A stretch of DNA of 64,000 nt. It comes from Saprospiraceae bacterium UBA2365 (lineage in GTDB: Bacteria > Bacteroidota > Bacteroidia > Chitinophagales > Saprospiraceae). Made by a program: the position numbers and the translations under genes. Location: contig DDTL01000179.1 of the NCBI GenBank assembly GCA_002344345.1, forward strand, positions 8,849-72,848, written 5' to 3'. Of the stretch, positions 49,053 to 60,072 are shown piece after piece (position 1 is the stretch's first letter; each line of letters opens with the position of its first letter). The notes below the pieces were generated by a model. The model worked only from the letters and a program-made list of their open reading frames with translations, did no database searches and was not told the DNA's origin.

Positions 49053-52000
49053 CTATTTAAATTGTACATTAATACCAACATTATAAGATTTAGCCTGAGG
49101 ATAATAACCCTTATCGATACCGGATACATCTCCGCCAATTTCAGGATCATACCCTGTGTATTCTGTCCATGTAAATATATTTTCAGCACTCAGATACAAT
49201 CTGATCTTATCAATACCAAGCTTACTTGAAACTCCTTTTGGCAAAGTATAACCCAATTGGATCAGTTTCAATCTTAAAAAGTCACCATTCTGTAAATAGA
49301 AATCTGACATTTTGCCGAAATTTCCATTTTCATCCAGATTCGTAAGCCTTGGATAATCATCTGAAGTGCCTTCTCCATGCCAACGGGACAAAGCTTCCGT
49401 CTGGTAATTGCTGTTCAGAATGTCCAGCCTCCTGAGTCCCTGGAAGATTTTATTTCCTGCCATTCCCTGTGCGAAAATCAACAGATCCAATCCTTTATAA
49501 TCAGCGTTGAGTGTCAGGCCAAATGTGTATTTCGGAATGGGATTGCCAAGAAATACTTTGTCCTCATCCGTGATGGTACCATCTTCATTAGAATCAACCC
49601 ATTTGAAATCACCAGGTTTTGCATTCGGCTGGATCAATGTTCCTTCAGCATTTTTATAGGCATTGATTTCATCATAATTCTGGAAAATTCCATCGGTCTG
49701 GTATCCGTAGAATGCATTATATGGCTGACCTACCTGTGTTCTGGTTACTGGTCCCATAGATTGAAATCCTGCTGTCTGTGTGGTGATGAAGTCAATTCCA
49801 TTTCCTAAGAAAGTCACCTCATTGTTCAAAGTTGAGAAGTTTCCACTTGCATTGAAATTCAACTGATTAAACCTTTTCCTGTAACTGAGTTCCAATTCAA
49901 TACCTGTATTTTTCATATCTGCTACGTTTGCAAATGGATTTCCTGCCGAACCAACATAACCCGGTAATACTACTTCCTGGAGAATACCTATGGTCGTTTT
50001 TTGGTACCAGTCGAAGGTGAATTTCATATCTTCGAAAAGTCTGGCTTCAAATCCAACGTTTGTTTGCCTTGTTTCTTCCCATTTCAGGTCAGGGTTGGAC
50101 GGAGCATCCGGGCTGGAACCTGAATAAATGATCAGGCCTTCAGGTCCAAATGTATAGTTCCTTCCCCCACCAATGGTTGATAGATATGAAAATTTCCTGA
50201 ATCTGTCATTTCCAGTTGCGCCGTATCCTCCTCTGAATTTCAAAAAGTTGATCACAACATTATCAACCCAGAATTTCTCTTCAGAAACAACCCATCCGAG
50301 TGAAAATGAAGGGAAAATACCGTATTTATTGTTGGCTCCAAAATTGGTTGAACCGTCTCTCCTGATAATACCTGTAAACAGATATTTTTCACTGAAATTG
50401 TAATTAACCCTTGCAAACAAACTACTAACTCTGTGTGGTTCTGAAGTATAAGCATAACCTGTTTTATCAGATGCAGGTATATCATAGTTGAACGAAGCCT
50501 GTTTGTAATCATTGGTTGGTAATCCTGAATGTACTACCGTCAAACCTACTGGATTATCGTCCTGATAGGCACCCTGACCAAGCAGGATATTGACATCATG
50601 TCCGTTGAAGTTGTTGCCATAAGTAATGGTATTCTCAACGTTCCATGCAAATAGTTTATTTGAACTCCTGGACATATTGTTTTTCAGGTTGGCATAAGTT
50701 GCATTCAGATAAAATTCAGGATAAAAACCTTCACCTCCCCAAAATGCCATTTTACCACCTACTGAAGACTTTACTTTCAAATTTTTCAGTATGTTCGCTT
50801 CAAGAAAAGCATTCCCAACAAAATCATCACCTACGCCATATTGGCCTAACCGCGTTTTTGCATAGGCCAATGGGTTGGACATTTCCTGTCCGACTGTGGT
50901 TGGAATACCTACAGATATCCCATATGGCTGGCCGTTTTCATCACGGAAAGCAGTTTCGGGATAATAACTAGTATTATTAGCTCTTACAGGATCTGTTTCC
51001 ACCAAAGGTGTAATTGGATCCAGATTGATGGCAGAGCTCAAAGGTCCACCATATTCACTGTTGGTATTTCCGATACCAACAGATTTTTGATGGCTGTAGC
51101 CCAAAGATTGTCCCACTGTAAAAATTTTAGACAATTTGTGAGTTGAATTCAATCTGAAATTCCTTTTACTGTAATTGGAGATTTCAGGCATTACGATTCC
51201 TTCAATATCCTGAGTTCCGAATGACAAATAAAAATTGGAAATATTGTTACCTCCACTGATATTTATCTCATGAGTACTCTTGGGCGCTCTGTCACTAAAT
51301 ATTGCTTTCTGCCAGTCAGTTCCGGTTCCTAAAGCCGATAAATCAGTATACAACACATCCCCTCCTGCATTGATGGATTTTTCATTCATCAACGCAGCAT
51401 ATTGGGTTGCATTAAGCAACTTTAAAGTATTTGCGGGAGCGGAAACACCATACGTACCACTGTAACCAACATTTATTTTACCTTCTTTACCCTTTTTTGT
51501 TGTAACCAATATCACACCTGAAGCAGATCTGGCACCATAAATAGCCAGAGACGCTGCATCCTTCAACACCTCAATAGATTCAATGTCGGATTGGTTAAGG
51601 AAACCGATGTCATCATTGATAACGACACCGTCAACAACCCACAGTGGATTGTTTCCGCCGTATCCGTTGAAAGAAGTGATACCTCTTACCCTGATAGTAG
51701 ATGAAGATCCGGGCTGACCGGCATTTGCTGCGATGTAAACCCCGGAGGTCCTACCCTGAAGGACATGTTCCACCCTTCCGATATTAGGCAGGTTTTCAAT
51801 ATCCTGAGCCTTAATGCTGGAAATAGCTCCGGTAACAACACTTTTCTTTTGAGTACCGTAACCTACCACAACAACTTCCTCCAAAGTTGTTTTTTCAACT
51901 TCAAGGGAAATTGAAAGTGAATTTGATGTGATCTGTACTTCTTTTGTTACATACCCCAGATAACTAACAATAAGTACATCATAACCCTCAGGCACTTTGA

Positions 52001-52202
52001 GACTGAATTTCCCATCCACATCAGTTGATGTGCCTTCTGAAGTCCCTTTTAAAAGCACATTCGCCCCGATCAACAGTTCTCCATCACCTGTCACCACGCC
52101 GGATACAAGCCGTTGAGCATGCATGGAGCCCACCAAGATGAAAAATGCCAGTAAAAAGAAGAGTAATTTACTAAATCTCTTTAGAAATTGCATTTTGTAC
52201 AT
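49053..52202 (-). CDS. susC: SusC/RagA family TonB-linked outer membrane transporter
   Basis: Carboxypeptidase-regulatory-like N-terminal domain (VSGVVTGDGELLIGANVLLKGTSEGTSTDVDGKFSL), a plug (VVVGYGTQKK), and a C-terminal beta-barrel ending in ...NVQFK. The alternative ATG at 52193 is possible. Confidence 0.9.
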   Translation of the reverse strand: MYKMQFLKRFSKLLFFLLAFFILVGSMHAQRLVSGVVTGDGELLIGANVLLKGTSEGTSTDVDGKFSLKVPEGYDVLIVSYLGYVTKEVQITSNSLSISLEVEKTTLEEVVVVGYGTQKKSVVTGAISSIKAQDIENLPNIGRVEHVLQGRTSGVYIAANAGQPGSSSTIRVRGITSFNGYGGNNPLWVVDGVVINDDIGFLNQSDIESIEVLKDAASLAIYGARSASGVILVTTKKGKEGKINVGYSGTYGVSAPANTLKLLNATQYAALMNEKSINAGGDVLYTDLSALGTGTDWQKAIFSDRAPKSTHEINISGGNNISNFYLSFGTQDIEGIVMPEISNYSKRNFRLNSTHKLSKIFTVGQSLGYSHQKSVGIGNTNSEYGGPLSSAINLDPITPLVETDPVRANNTSYYPETAFRDENGQPYGISVGIPTTVGQEMSNPLAYAKTRLGQYGVGDDFVGNAFLEANILKNLKVKSSVGGKMAFWGGEGFYPEFYLNATYANLKNNMSRSSNKLFAWNVENTITYGNNFNGHDVNILLGQGAYQDDNPVGLTVVHSGLPTNDYKQASFNYDIPASDKTGYAYTSEPHRVSSLFARVNYNFSEKYLFTGIIRRDGSTNFGANNKYGIFPSFSLGWVVSEEKFWVDNVVINFLKFRGGYGATGNDRFRKFSYLSTIGGGRNYTFGPEGLIIYSGSSPDAPSNPDLKWEETRQTNVGFEARLFEDMKFTFDWYQKTTIGILQEVVLPGYVGSAGNPFANVADMKNTGIELELSYRKRFNQLNFNASGNFSTLNNEVTFLGNGIDFITTQTAGFQSMGPVTRTQVGQPYNAFYGYQTDGIFQNYDEINAYKNAEGTLIQPNAKPGDFKWVDSNEDGTITDEDKVFLGNPIPKYTFGLTLNADYKGLDLLIFAQGMAGNKIFQGLRRLDILNSNYQTEALSRWHGEGTSDDYPRLTNLDENGNFGKMSDFYLQNGDFLRLKLIQLGYTLPKGVSSKLGIDKIRLYLSAENIFTWTEYTGYDPEIGGDVSGIDKGYYPQAKSYNVGINVQFK

Positions 52203-52471
52203 AGTCTTTCATTTTTTGTTAAAAATTGATTCATACACTACATTGCAAATTAATTTTGCATCAATTAACAATGCCTCGCAATTTATAAAGAATTCATTTG
52301 CGACAACATTAATTGGCCTATACAAAAACTATACATCCATACAATTTATACCAGCGAAATTAGCAGAAATTTAATGTTGATTGATAATAAGTTAAAAAAT
52401 ACCCGTTTGCAAATTAAAACAGAAACAACCGGGTTTTAAAATATGATGTACTTTTGTATGGATTGTAAAAT

Positions 52472-55282
52472 TCAGAAATTGATCAGATAACTGGCCAAAC
52501 CTACATCATGGTGAAGATTCAGCTTTTTCCTTAATCTGTATCTCTTGATCTCAACACTTCTTTCTGAAATATTCAACAGTGGAGCGATCTCTTTGGAAAC
52601 CAGATTTATCCTGAGATAAGCACATAATTTGAGGTCGCTTGGCGAAAGTGTCGGATGAACTTCATGAAGTCTTTTCAAAAAATCTTTATCAAAACTATCG
52701 AATGATTTCATAAATGTATCCCATGAATCTTTACCGGATATATTTTCATTGATGCCTGATAATAGTGATAGGAATTTGTTCAGGTCTAAAGAGTTTTTAT
52801 GCTTTTTTATGTCATCCCTGATCATTTTGAGCAATTCATTTTTTCTGATAAGATCAAGATTCGATACAGCTAATTCCTTGCTCTTTTCATCCACAAACTG
52901 ACTCAATTCCTGATTTCTGACCATCATCAATTGTTGCTCATTTTCAAGTTGCTGGATCTCCATTTTCAAATTATGCTCAGCTATCAGCTTGTTTTTTTGC
53001 TTTTCATAATTTTTCTCATAACTCTTGTTGATCAGATAACCTCCGAGGATCAATATAAAAGCATAAAACATAATAGCTCCATTGGTTTCATAAAAAGGCT
53101 TCCGTATTCTGAACGATACGGACTGCACACTTTCAGTTTGCCGATCTCCATGCCTGCCTTTTACAAAAAATGTATATTTACCGGGTGGCAACTTCCTGAA
53201 AATAGCAACCGGATTATTTTGCCATATGGTCCAACCGGTACTATAACCTTCCAGAAAATATTTATATTCCCTTTTAATGTATTTGTTGTATTTCGGAATG
53301 CTGAATTCAAATCTCAGATTATTGTCCTTATGACTTAGCACCAGATCCTTTCCAAGTTCTAACATTCTTTGTCTGCCCTTTTGATCCAGCATTGCAACAC
53401 CATTGATGCGAACAGAAACTGAAGAATATATCAGATCGGTTAGTTTAAAAATGAAATATCCGTCTGCAGTACCTATGAGATAATCCGAATCATTGAGTTG
53501 CTCAATATTCTCATAACCGGAAATTGATTTTAGGAAATCAGTATCCAGGAATAATTTCCTGTGTCTGAATTCTGGATCTATGTTATTTTTATAAAAAAAT
53601 TCAAGACCCCGATTGGTAAATATCCATAAACGATTGTTTTTATCAATAGACATTTTCCCCGAAATATATCCATCCTGTTCGAAAAAAACCATCATAGATT
53701 TCTCTGGCTCAAATTCTCCTGACTCATTATTTAACTTAAAATATCCGTTTCTGGAAGCATAAATTATTTCCTTTCCATATTTAATAAAACCTGAATTCTT
53801 TCCTTTCTTTGGAAAACTATACAAAAACATTCCGTTTGCCTGGGTCAGGTTGTGATCAAGATTCAGCCTGATAACTCCTTTATATTCATGGCTTATATAA
53901 ATTTTCAGGTTTTTGCCGATTTCGAAATATCTGGATGATATGTCAAAATTTTTGATCTTATTGGAAAATATCCAATGATCTCCAACTTTCTTCAATACAT
54001 TCAATCCGTTATAATTTCCCTGAATTAATACATTTTTAATTCCTGGAACTTCAGAAAATTTCCATGTGCCCGATGCTGAATATATCTTCCTCTGACTGAA
54101 ACCATCGATCAGATAGGTGCCTCGGTTGTGTCCACAAAATAATACTCCTTCATGAATAAAAAGTGTCCAAACCTGACCTTTTATACCTCCTACCAAACGA
54201 AACTCGTCATCTGAACCATAAGTTTTAGCAAACAAGCCCTGGTTGGTCCCTAAATATAGTATGCCTTTATATAATTTTGAAGTATATACAGTCCCGAGAA
54301 TGCCAGATTTATCGACATAGCATTTGAATGTACTGTTCAGATTGACACAATTGATCCCGTTATCCAGTCCGATCCAAAGATTTTTGTCAAAATCTTCAAA
54401 CAAAGAAAGAGCTGTATTATTGCTTAAGCCTTTATCCTGAGTAATGTGGTACATCAAATCAAAATCGTTCTCAAGGATAAAAACTCCATTAGATATAGTC
54501 CCTAAAACAAGTTGACCATTTGCCAGTCGGATACAGGAAAAAATATCATTCTGATTCACAATTCGATCGTTTTTTCCTTCATATCTGATCAGTTTGCCTT
54601 CCTTTAGAATAAACAAACCTGCTTTTTCTGTCTGAAGAAATAAGTCGTTATTAATATCAAAAATATTACATATCTGATTATTTTTCAATAAATTATCTTT
54701 ATTGATCAATTCTGACACCCCACCCTTTAAGCGGTAAAGGCCTTCATTCAATGTCTGGTAATAGATAACTTTGTCCAGGATAAATACCCGCCAAACCCCA
54801 TTTGCAGGATTAATTATTTTAAAAGCGCCGGTTTTCAGATTATAAAAATAAATCCTGTGAAGCGTCTGAAATAAAACCCAATCTTCAAAATTCAGAATTT
54901 CCCAGACATGCTCATCTTCAAGTAATTGATTTTCAATTATTTTTGACAATGAGTTGTACCTTAATTTACCATCCTGATGCCTCTCCCAATAACCAAACTC
55001 CTTGTAGCATCCTGTAAATACTTTTTTTCCTACAACTTTTACTGCCCTTATAATCGTTTCATTGGGTGAAGGATATAAAGTCCAGATGGCCCCATTGAAT
55101 TCCAACAAACCGTCATTATTCGCAAAATAGATTACACGGTCATTATCCTGCGAAATTTTCCAATTCTGATTACCTGCTTTATAATCATTGGTACTGTATT
55201 TGATCAAAGGTGGAAGTTCAGAACCGGAAAGCGTAAAGTGAAGCATTGAAATCTGTAAAACCAAAAAAGCTCTGCCAAACAT
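52472..55282 (-). CDS. PUL regulator: periplasmic two-component-regulator-propeller/Y_Y_Y sensor domain, one TM segment, coiled coil, C-terminal LuxR/GerE-type HTH
   Basis: Repeated beta-propeller blades are followed by a YKYFLEGYSTGW (Y_Y_Y) region and the TM segment AIMFYAFILILGGYLI. The C-terminus is LSPSDLKLCAYLRINLVSKEIAPLLNISERSVEIKRYRLRKKL. The ATG at 55280..55282 is preferred over 55342. Confidence 0.8.
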   Translation of the reverse strand: MFGRAFLVLQISMLHFTLSGSELPPLIKYSTNDYKAGNQNWKISQDNDRVIYFANNDGLLEFNGAIWTLYPSPNETIIRAVKVVGKKVFTGCYKEFGYWERHQDGKLRYNSLSKIIENQLLEDEHVWEILNFEDWVLFQTLHRIYFYNLKTGAFKIINPANGVWRVFILDKVIYYQTLNEGLYRLKGGVSELINKDNLLKNNQICNIFDINNDLFLQTEKAGLFILKEGKLIRYEGKNDRIVNQNDIFSCIRLANGQLVLGTISNGVFILENDFDLMYHITQDKGLSNNTALSLFEDFDKNLWIGLDNGINCVNLNSTFKCYVDKSGILGTVYTSKLYKGILYLGTNQGLFAKTYGSDDEFRLVGGIKGQVWTLFIHEGVLFCGHNRGTYLIDGFSQRKIYSASGTWKFSEVPGIKNVLIQGNYNGLNVLKKVGDHWIFSNKIKNFDISSRYFEIGKNLKIYISHEYKGVIRLNLDHNLTQANGMFLYSFPKKGKNSGFIKYGKEIIYASRNGYFKLNNESGEFEPEKSMMVFFEQDGYISGKMSIDKNNRLWIFTNRGLEFFYKNNIDPEFRHRKLFLDTDFLKSISGYENIEQLNDSDYLIGTADGYFIFKLTDLIYSSVSVRINGVAMLDQKGRQRMLELGKDLVLSHKDNNLRFEFSIPKYNKYIKREYKYFLEGYSTGWTIWQNNPVAIFRKLPPGKYTFFVKGRHGDRQTESVQSVSFRIRKPFYETNGAIMFYAFILILGGYLINKSYEKNYEKQKNKLIAEHNLKMEIQQLENEQQLMMVRNQELSQFVDEKSKELAVSNLDLIRKNELLKMIRDDIKKHKNSLDLNKFLSLLSGINENISGKDSWDTFMKSFDSFDKDFLKRLHEVHPTLSPSDLKLCAYLRINLVSKEIAPLLNISERSVEIKRYRLRKKLNLHHDVGLASYLINF

Positions 55283-55642
55283 CAGAATTACATGGTGAAA
55301 TGCGGGGTATTTAAGTAATAGCTTTGCTTTAAAATGATGCATAATTATTCAGAGATGATGATCGACTTTTCAGTTTTAAAATGAACAAATATAATTGTTA
55401 TCAACAAATACAACATGGTGTTGAAGTGCCAAAATGGACGAGCACTATTATATTGAATACTAAACTCTGCCATTTTACCCCCATAACTAAAATGTCTGAA
55501 TCGTGATACAACCGGAGAAAAGACTGTAAAAAACAATAAACATCTACATTCCTGCGACGAATCTGAGAATAGCTAATAACGGGAAATAGCCAAAACTTTT
55601 GAGAAGTCTATATTTTTAAACTTTTAGACGGAGCAAAATAAA

Positions 55643-57025
55643 TTATTCAGATGCAATAGTCTGAATATCACCAATAATTTCTTCAGCCAGCATTATCGCT
55701 GCCTCCGACGTCTTTGCCTCTGCATAAATCCTCAGGATAGGTTCTGTATTGGATTTCCGCAACTGAACCCATGAATCTGGAAAATCAATTTTAAGTCCAT
55801 CCTGAATGTCAATTTCATGCCCTTTATATTTGTTTGCGATACGTTCAATGATTTTGTCCGCAGAGGTATTGATATCGAGTACTACTTTATTTTTGCTCAT
55901 CTGATAAGCCGGATAAGTAGCCTTCAGCTCCTTCAAAGTGCAGTTCCTCTCTGCCAGATGAGTCAGAATCATGGCAATCCCTACCAGTGCATCACGTCCG
56001 TAATGCAATTCAGGAATAATAACGCCTCCATTTCCTTCTCCACCTATCACTGCTCCTGTCTCCTTCATTTTTCTTACGACATGAACCTCTCCTACCTTCG
56101 ATGCATGATATGGATGTCCGAATTTTTTTGTAAGATCCCTTAAAGCACGGGTAGATGAAAGATTGGATACTGTAGGTCCGGGTTGGTACCCAAGCATCAG
56201 ATCTGCGCAAGCGACCAAAGTATATTCTTCACCGAACATTTCACCGTCATCCATAACAAATGCCAGCCTATCCACATCAGGATCAACAGCGATACCGAAG
56301 TCTGCATCCATTTCAGTCACCACCCGGGAAAGTTCAGTCAAATGCTCTGCAAGAGGTTCGGGGTTGTGCGCGAAATCTCCATGGATCTGTTCATTGATCA
56401 GCGTATATGAAACACCCAAGGCATCCAATAATGGCGGAACAGATATCGCACCCGTAGAATTGATACAATCCACAACGACGTGCATCTGTTTTTCTTTGAT
56501 TTTCAAACTATTAATAAATTTGAGCTCAAGTATTGCTTTAATATGCCTTGATATACAGTCGTCATTAAAAGTCCTTTCTCCCAATGCATCCACATTTTTA
56601 AAAACTGCTCTGTCTTCCTTTATATAAAGAAGGACTTTTTCACCTGTTTCAGGTGAAATGAACTCGCCGTTGTGATCCAGAAACTTCAGTGCATTCCACT
56701 CTCTCGGATTATGGCTTGCAGTTAATATGATACCTGCATCAGCCCGTTCAAATTTTACAGCCATTTCAACAGTCGGCGTAGTGCTCAATCCCAGATCGAT
56801 CACATCAATTCCCATGGATATAAGGGTGTTCACGACAAATTCATTGACAATATCACCTGTCATTCTACCGTCACGACCCACCACGACCCGAGGTTTTGGA
56901 TTATGTTCCAAAAGCATTTGAGCATAGGCAGCTGTGCATTCTACCATATCAATTGGAGTGAAATTATCCCCCTTTTTTCCTCCAATTGTTCCCCTGATAC
57001 CTGAAATTGATTTGATGAGTGTCAT
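55643..57025 (-). CDS. glmM: phosphoglucosamine mutase
   Basis: Active-site loop LTASHNPREWNALKF, metal-binding DPDVDR, and 460 aa alpha-D-phosphohexomutase architecture. Confidence 0.85.
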   Translation of the reverse strand: MTLIKSISGIRGTIGGKKGDNFTPIDMVECTAAYAQMLLEHNPKPRVVVGRDGRMTGDIVNEFVVNTLISMGIDVIDLGLSTTPTVEMAVKFERADAGIILTASHNPREWNALKFLDHNGEFISPETGEKVLLYIKEDRAVFKNVDALGERTFNDDCISRHIKAILELKFINSLKIKEKQMHVVVDCINSTGAISVPPLLDALGVSYTLINEQIHGDFAHNPEPLAEHLTELSRVVTEMDADFGIAVDPDVDRLAFVMDDGEMFGEEYTLVACADLMLGYQPGPTVSNLSSTRALRDLTKKFGHPYHASKVGEVHVVRKMKETGAVIGGEGNGGVIIPELHYGRDALVGIAMILTHLAERNCTLKELKATYPAYQMSKNKVVLDINTSADKIIERIANKYKGHEIDIQDGLKIDFPDSWVQLRKSNTEPILRIYAEAKTSEAAIMLAEEIIGDIQTIASE

Positions 57026-57239
57026 TGTATTCGATTTTGGATGCGAACTTACGTATTTTTCTTAGGGTATAAAAGTAAGATCAAAGAATAAATATGGTTC
57101 GCAGAATAATCCTTTAGATTCATTTATATTCAATTGTTACAGCATAATGAAAGGTACCCGTTAATTGAATTTAAGCAAACGACACCAAAGTTTATTTTAA
57201 ATCAGGCGAACTATAACGTTTTCTGCCAAATTAAAATTT

Positions 57240-57263
57240 GGGGACAGGAAAATATCTGTCCCC
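57240..57263 (-). terminator. stem-loop terminator downstream of the 57282..57698 gene
   Basis: GGGGACAG-gaaaatat-CTGTCCCC lies 19 nt beyond the stop. On the minus strand it is followed by aaatttt. Confidence 0.45.
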
Positions 57264-57281
57264 AAATAATTTAGATTAAGT

Positions 57282-57698
57282 TTACACCCAATTTTTTCCA
57301 GCCAGCCAACCGGCAAAAGCACCTAAGATGGCTGTATACACTGTATTGATCAGAACATCCATCAAGAATGCAGTCAGGCTCTCAAACATATTGGTCATAC
57401 TGTACAATCCGGCATCAAAAGCTGCAGTTACAAGAAAACCAATCACAAGGGCTGCCTTGAATCCGGTCCACCAGGTAGAGATACTCGCCCATCTGATAAA
57501 TATGTAAGCCAATAATAATCCCCACAAAATGTTGGATAATATCATAGCCCACCAAACCATGCCGTCTTCAGCCCTGGCAAAGCCCTCGACACCATATTCC
57601 ATACTACCCGGCATTAGAACACCAAATACCAGCCAACCAAAGAAAAAGGCGAAAATCCCGGTTAACACCCCAACAAAAAGCACTTTAGTCCATTTCAT
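57282..57698 (-). CDS. hypothetical small integral membrane protein (about 4 TM)
   Basis: 138 aa and very hydrophobic. No family recognised. Confidence 0.5.
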   Translation of the reverse strand: MKWTKVLFVGVLTGIFAFFFGWLVFGVLMPGSMEYGVEGFARAEDGMVWWAMILSNILWGLLLAYIFIRWASISTWWTGFKAALVIGFLVTAAFDAGLYSMTNMFESLTAFLMDVLINTVYTAILGAFAGWLAGKNWV

Positions 57699-57950
57699 AA
57701 AATCATGTTTAATAGTTAAAAATATTTTGAATAAATAAATCCAGTAAGTATCATCAATGGAAAATGCAAATGGGAATATGCAAATATATTATTAAATTTA
57801 ACTATTGCAAAATTTATATATACTAAAAAAAGAATTGATTTTTACTTCATATGATAAATAATCAATTTCTGAAAAGTTACATCCAATAATTTTTGTCAAT
57901 TTTGTGAGAACTAACAAAAGGCAGACTTTCCTTCCTTAAATCTTTAAAAC

Positions 57951-58886
57951 ATGATTGACCAACAAACAGCAGATTATATTTCAAGGATCAATAAAGCCTT
58001 GGATTTTATCGATCAAAACCTGGAAAAAGATATCAGCCTGGACGATCTGGCAACTACAGCCAATTTTTCCAAATATCATTTTTCAAGGATCTTCCTTGCA
58101 TTTATTAATGAAACCCCTTTTCAATTCGTTTTGCGGGTTAGACTTGAAAAAGCCGCCACACTTTTATTGAGCAATCCCGGAGTTTCTATAACAGAAATAG
58201 CATGGCAATGCGGATTCTCAGACATCGTCATCTTCTCACGTAATTTCAAAAGGCGATTCGGCTACTCTGCTACACAGTATCGCAAAATCAGACATAACAA
58301 TCGCAATAAAAGTCAAACAGATAGCAAAAATGAACAAGCCTTCAGGCCATTCTCTCAATACCTTTGTACCGATTTAATAACAAAAAAAATGGAAAAAGTT
58401 ATGAAAGAAAACAAAAGCGTGGAAGTTAAAATAATTCCCGAAATGACATTGGCTTACATCAGGCATATCGGCCCGTACCAGGGCAATGAAAATCTTTTTG
58501 AAAACCTTTGGAACAGGTTATTCGCGTGGGCAGGTCCAAGGGGTTTGCTGGGTCAAAAAGATCTTAAATCTTTGATCATATACCACGATGATCCCAATGT
58601 GACCAATGAAGAAAAATTGAGAATGAGCCTATGTATTTCAGTTCCGGAGAATACTGAAGTAGGCGGGGAAATTGGTAAAATGACACTTGAAAGCGCAAAT
58701 TATGTCATCGCACGCTTTGAATTGGACGCCTCACAGTTCGGTGAAGCATGGAATTGGGTATATGCTCAATGGCTTCCTCAAAGTGGATATCAGCCGGATG
58801 ACAAACCTTGCTTTGAAATGTATCCTGAAGAACCCAAAAACGGTTTGTTCACTGTTGAGATCTGCGTCCCGGTGAAACCGATGTAG
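57951..58886 (+). CDS. AraC family transcriptional regulator with a GyrI-like small-molecule-binding domain
   Basis: The N-terminal HTH_18 region contains FSKYHFSRIF...ITEIAWQCGFSD...FSRNFKRRFG. The C-terminal half is a GyrI-like/SOUL-type effector domain. Confidence 0.85.
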   Translation: MIDQQTADYISRINKALDFIDQNLEKDISLDDLATTANFSKYHFSRIFLAFINETPFQFVLRVRLEKAATLLLSNPGVSITEIAWQCGFSDIVIFSRNFKRRFGYSATQYRKIRHNNRNKSQTDSKNEQAFRPFSQYLCTDLITKKMEKVMKENKSVEVKIIPEMTLAYIRHIGPYQGNENLFENLWNRLFAWAGPRGLLGQKDLKSLIIYHDDPNVTNEEKLRMSLCISVPENTEVGGEIGKMTLESANYVIARFELDASQFGEAWNWVYAQWLPQSGYQPDDKPCFEMYPEEPKNGLFTVEICVPVKPM

Positions 58887-59003
58887 TGAATGCATCTGAA
58901 CAATTGAATGAAAAGCAACCAGTTGAACAAACTGGTTGTTTTTTTTATGATTGCTCAAATCCAGTTATGAATGAATTATTGTATTTTTATTGAAAAATTC
59001 AGT

Positions 59004-59774
59004 ATGAGTATTAAGCAATGGTACGAAACCCTCTTCGATAACTACGGCAAACAATATGATAAAGAGGTATTTACGCAGGGAACATCTGGTGAATGTGATT
59101 TTATCGAATCCGAATTAATGTTTAATAACAACATTAAAATCATCGATGTTGGTTGCGGTACAGGCAGACACACCATCGAGCTGACCAAAAGAGGTTATCA
59201 GGTTACCGGCATTGACCTTTCTGCTGCCCAAATAGAAAGGGCAAAGGAAAAAGCAACGCAGGAAGGATTGAACATTGAATTTTTAATCAGGGATGCCAGA
59301 CATTTGGATTTTAATGGAGTATTCAGTGCAGCAATTATGTTGTGTGAAGGTGGATTCCCTTTAATGGAAACCGACGAAAAGAATTATGAAATACTTCAAA
59401 GTGTGGCAAAAGCGCTTAGTCCGGGGTCAATCTTTATTTTTACTACGCTCAACGGATTATTTCCTTTATTTCACAACATCAATGAATTCCACGAAGCAAC
59501 CAATCCAAAACAAGAAGGGGCGCGATATGTCAGTGAAACTTTTGACCTCATGACTTTCAGAGACATCAACACGACTTACTTTACTGATGATAATGGTGTT
59601 AAACATGAATTGGTTTGTAATGAACGTTATTATACACCATCAGAAATAACCTGGTTGCTCAAATCTCTTGGATTTACCAGTATTGAAATTTTTGGAGCAG
59701 TAATAGGCGCATATTCCAGGGAACATAAACTCCAAACAAAAGATTTTGAAATGCTGGTCATTGCCCGGAAATAA
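59004..59774 (+). CDS. class I SAM-dependent methyltransferase
   Basis: Motif I is IIDVGCGTGRHTIEL. The ATG at 59004 is preferred over 58971. Confidence 0.8.
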   Translation: MSIKQWYETLFDNYGKQYDKEVFTQGTSGECDFIESELMFNNNIKIIDVGCGTGRHTIELTKRGYQVTGIDLSAAQIERAKEKATQEGLNIEFLIRDARHLDFNGVFSAAIMLCEGGFPLMETDEKNYEILQSVAKALSPGSIFIFTTLNGLFPLFHNINEFHEATNPKQEGARYVSETFDLMTFRDINTTYFTDDNGVKHELVCNERYYTPSEITWLLKSLGFTSIEIFGAVIGAYSREHKLQTKDFEMLVIARK

Positions 59775-59778
59775 CCGG

Positions 59779-59805
59779 AAAAGACCATTTATTTGTCTTT
59801 TTTTT
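59779..59805 (+). terminator. AT-rich stem-loop plus T-tract downstream of the methyltransferase
   Basis: aaaagac-cattta ttt-gtctttt is followed by tttt, immediately after the stop at 59774. Confidence 0.4.
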
Positions 59806-59947
59806 GCCAACTTAAGGAAAACTATGTACGATAATTCCTAATTAAGAATTTCTTTAATACATTGCAGCCCGAAACGATTCATTTAGTTTTTTTTCTTATA
59901 TATTACTAATTATTTTAATATATTTTTGGTTATAAATATTTTTTTTA

Positions 59948-59955
59948 TAAATTTG
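59948..59955 (+). promoter_or_regulatory. candidate -7 promoter element (TAnnTTTG) upstream of the small lipoprotein ORF
   Basis: taaatttg lies about 118 nt upstream of the ATG at 60073. Confidence 0.3.
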
Positions 59956-60072
59956 CATACTAATAGGAATATTAGGTTCGTTAATGCGATATCGAAACTT
60001 TAATTTCCTGGCAGTCTTTTAGAATTTTCAATTCTACTCGAAAGCCGGGATGGATTTAAAAAACAATAACTC

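Noticed and set aside
55345-55536. 63-aa ORF (-) between the PUL regulator and glmM.
   Set aside because: It shows no motifs and has odd composition. It lies in the short regulator upstream/glmM downstream spacer and is probably non-coding.
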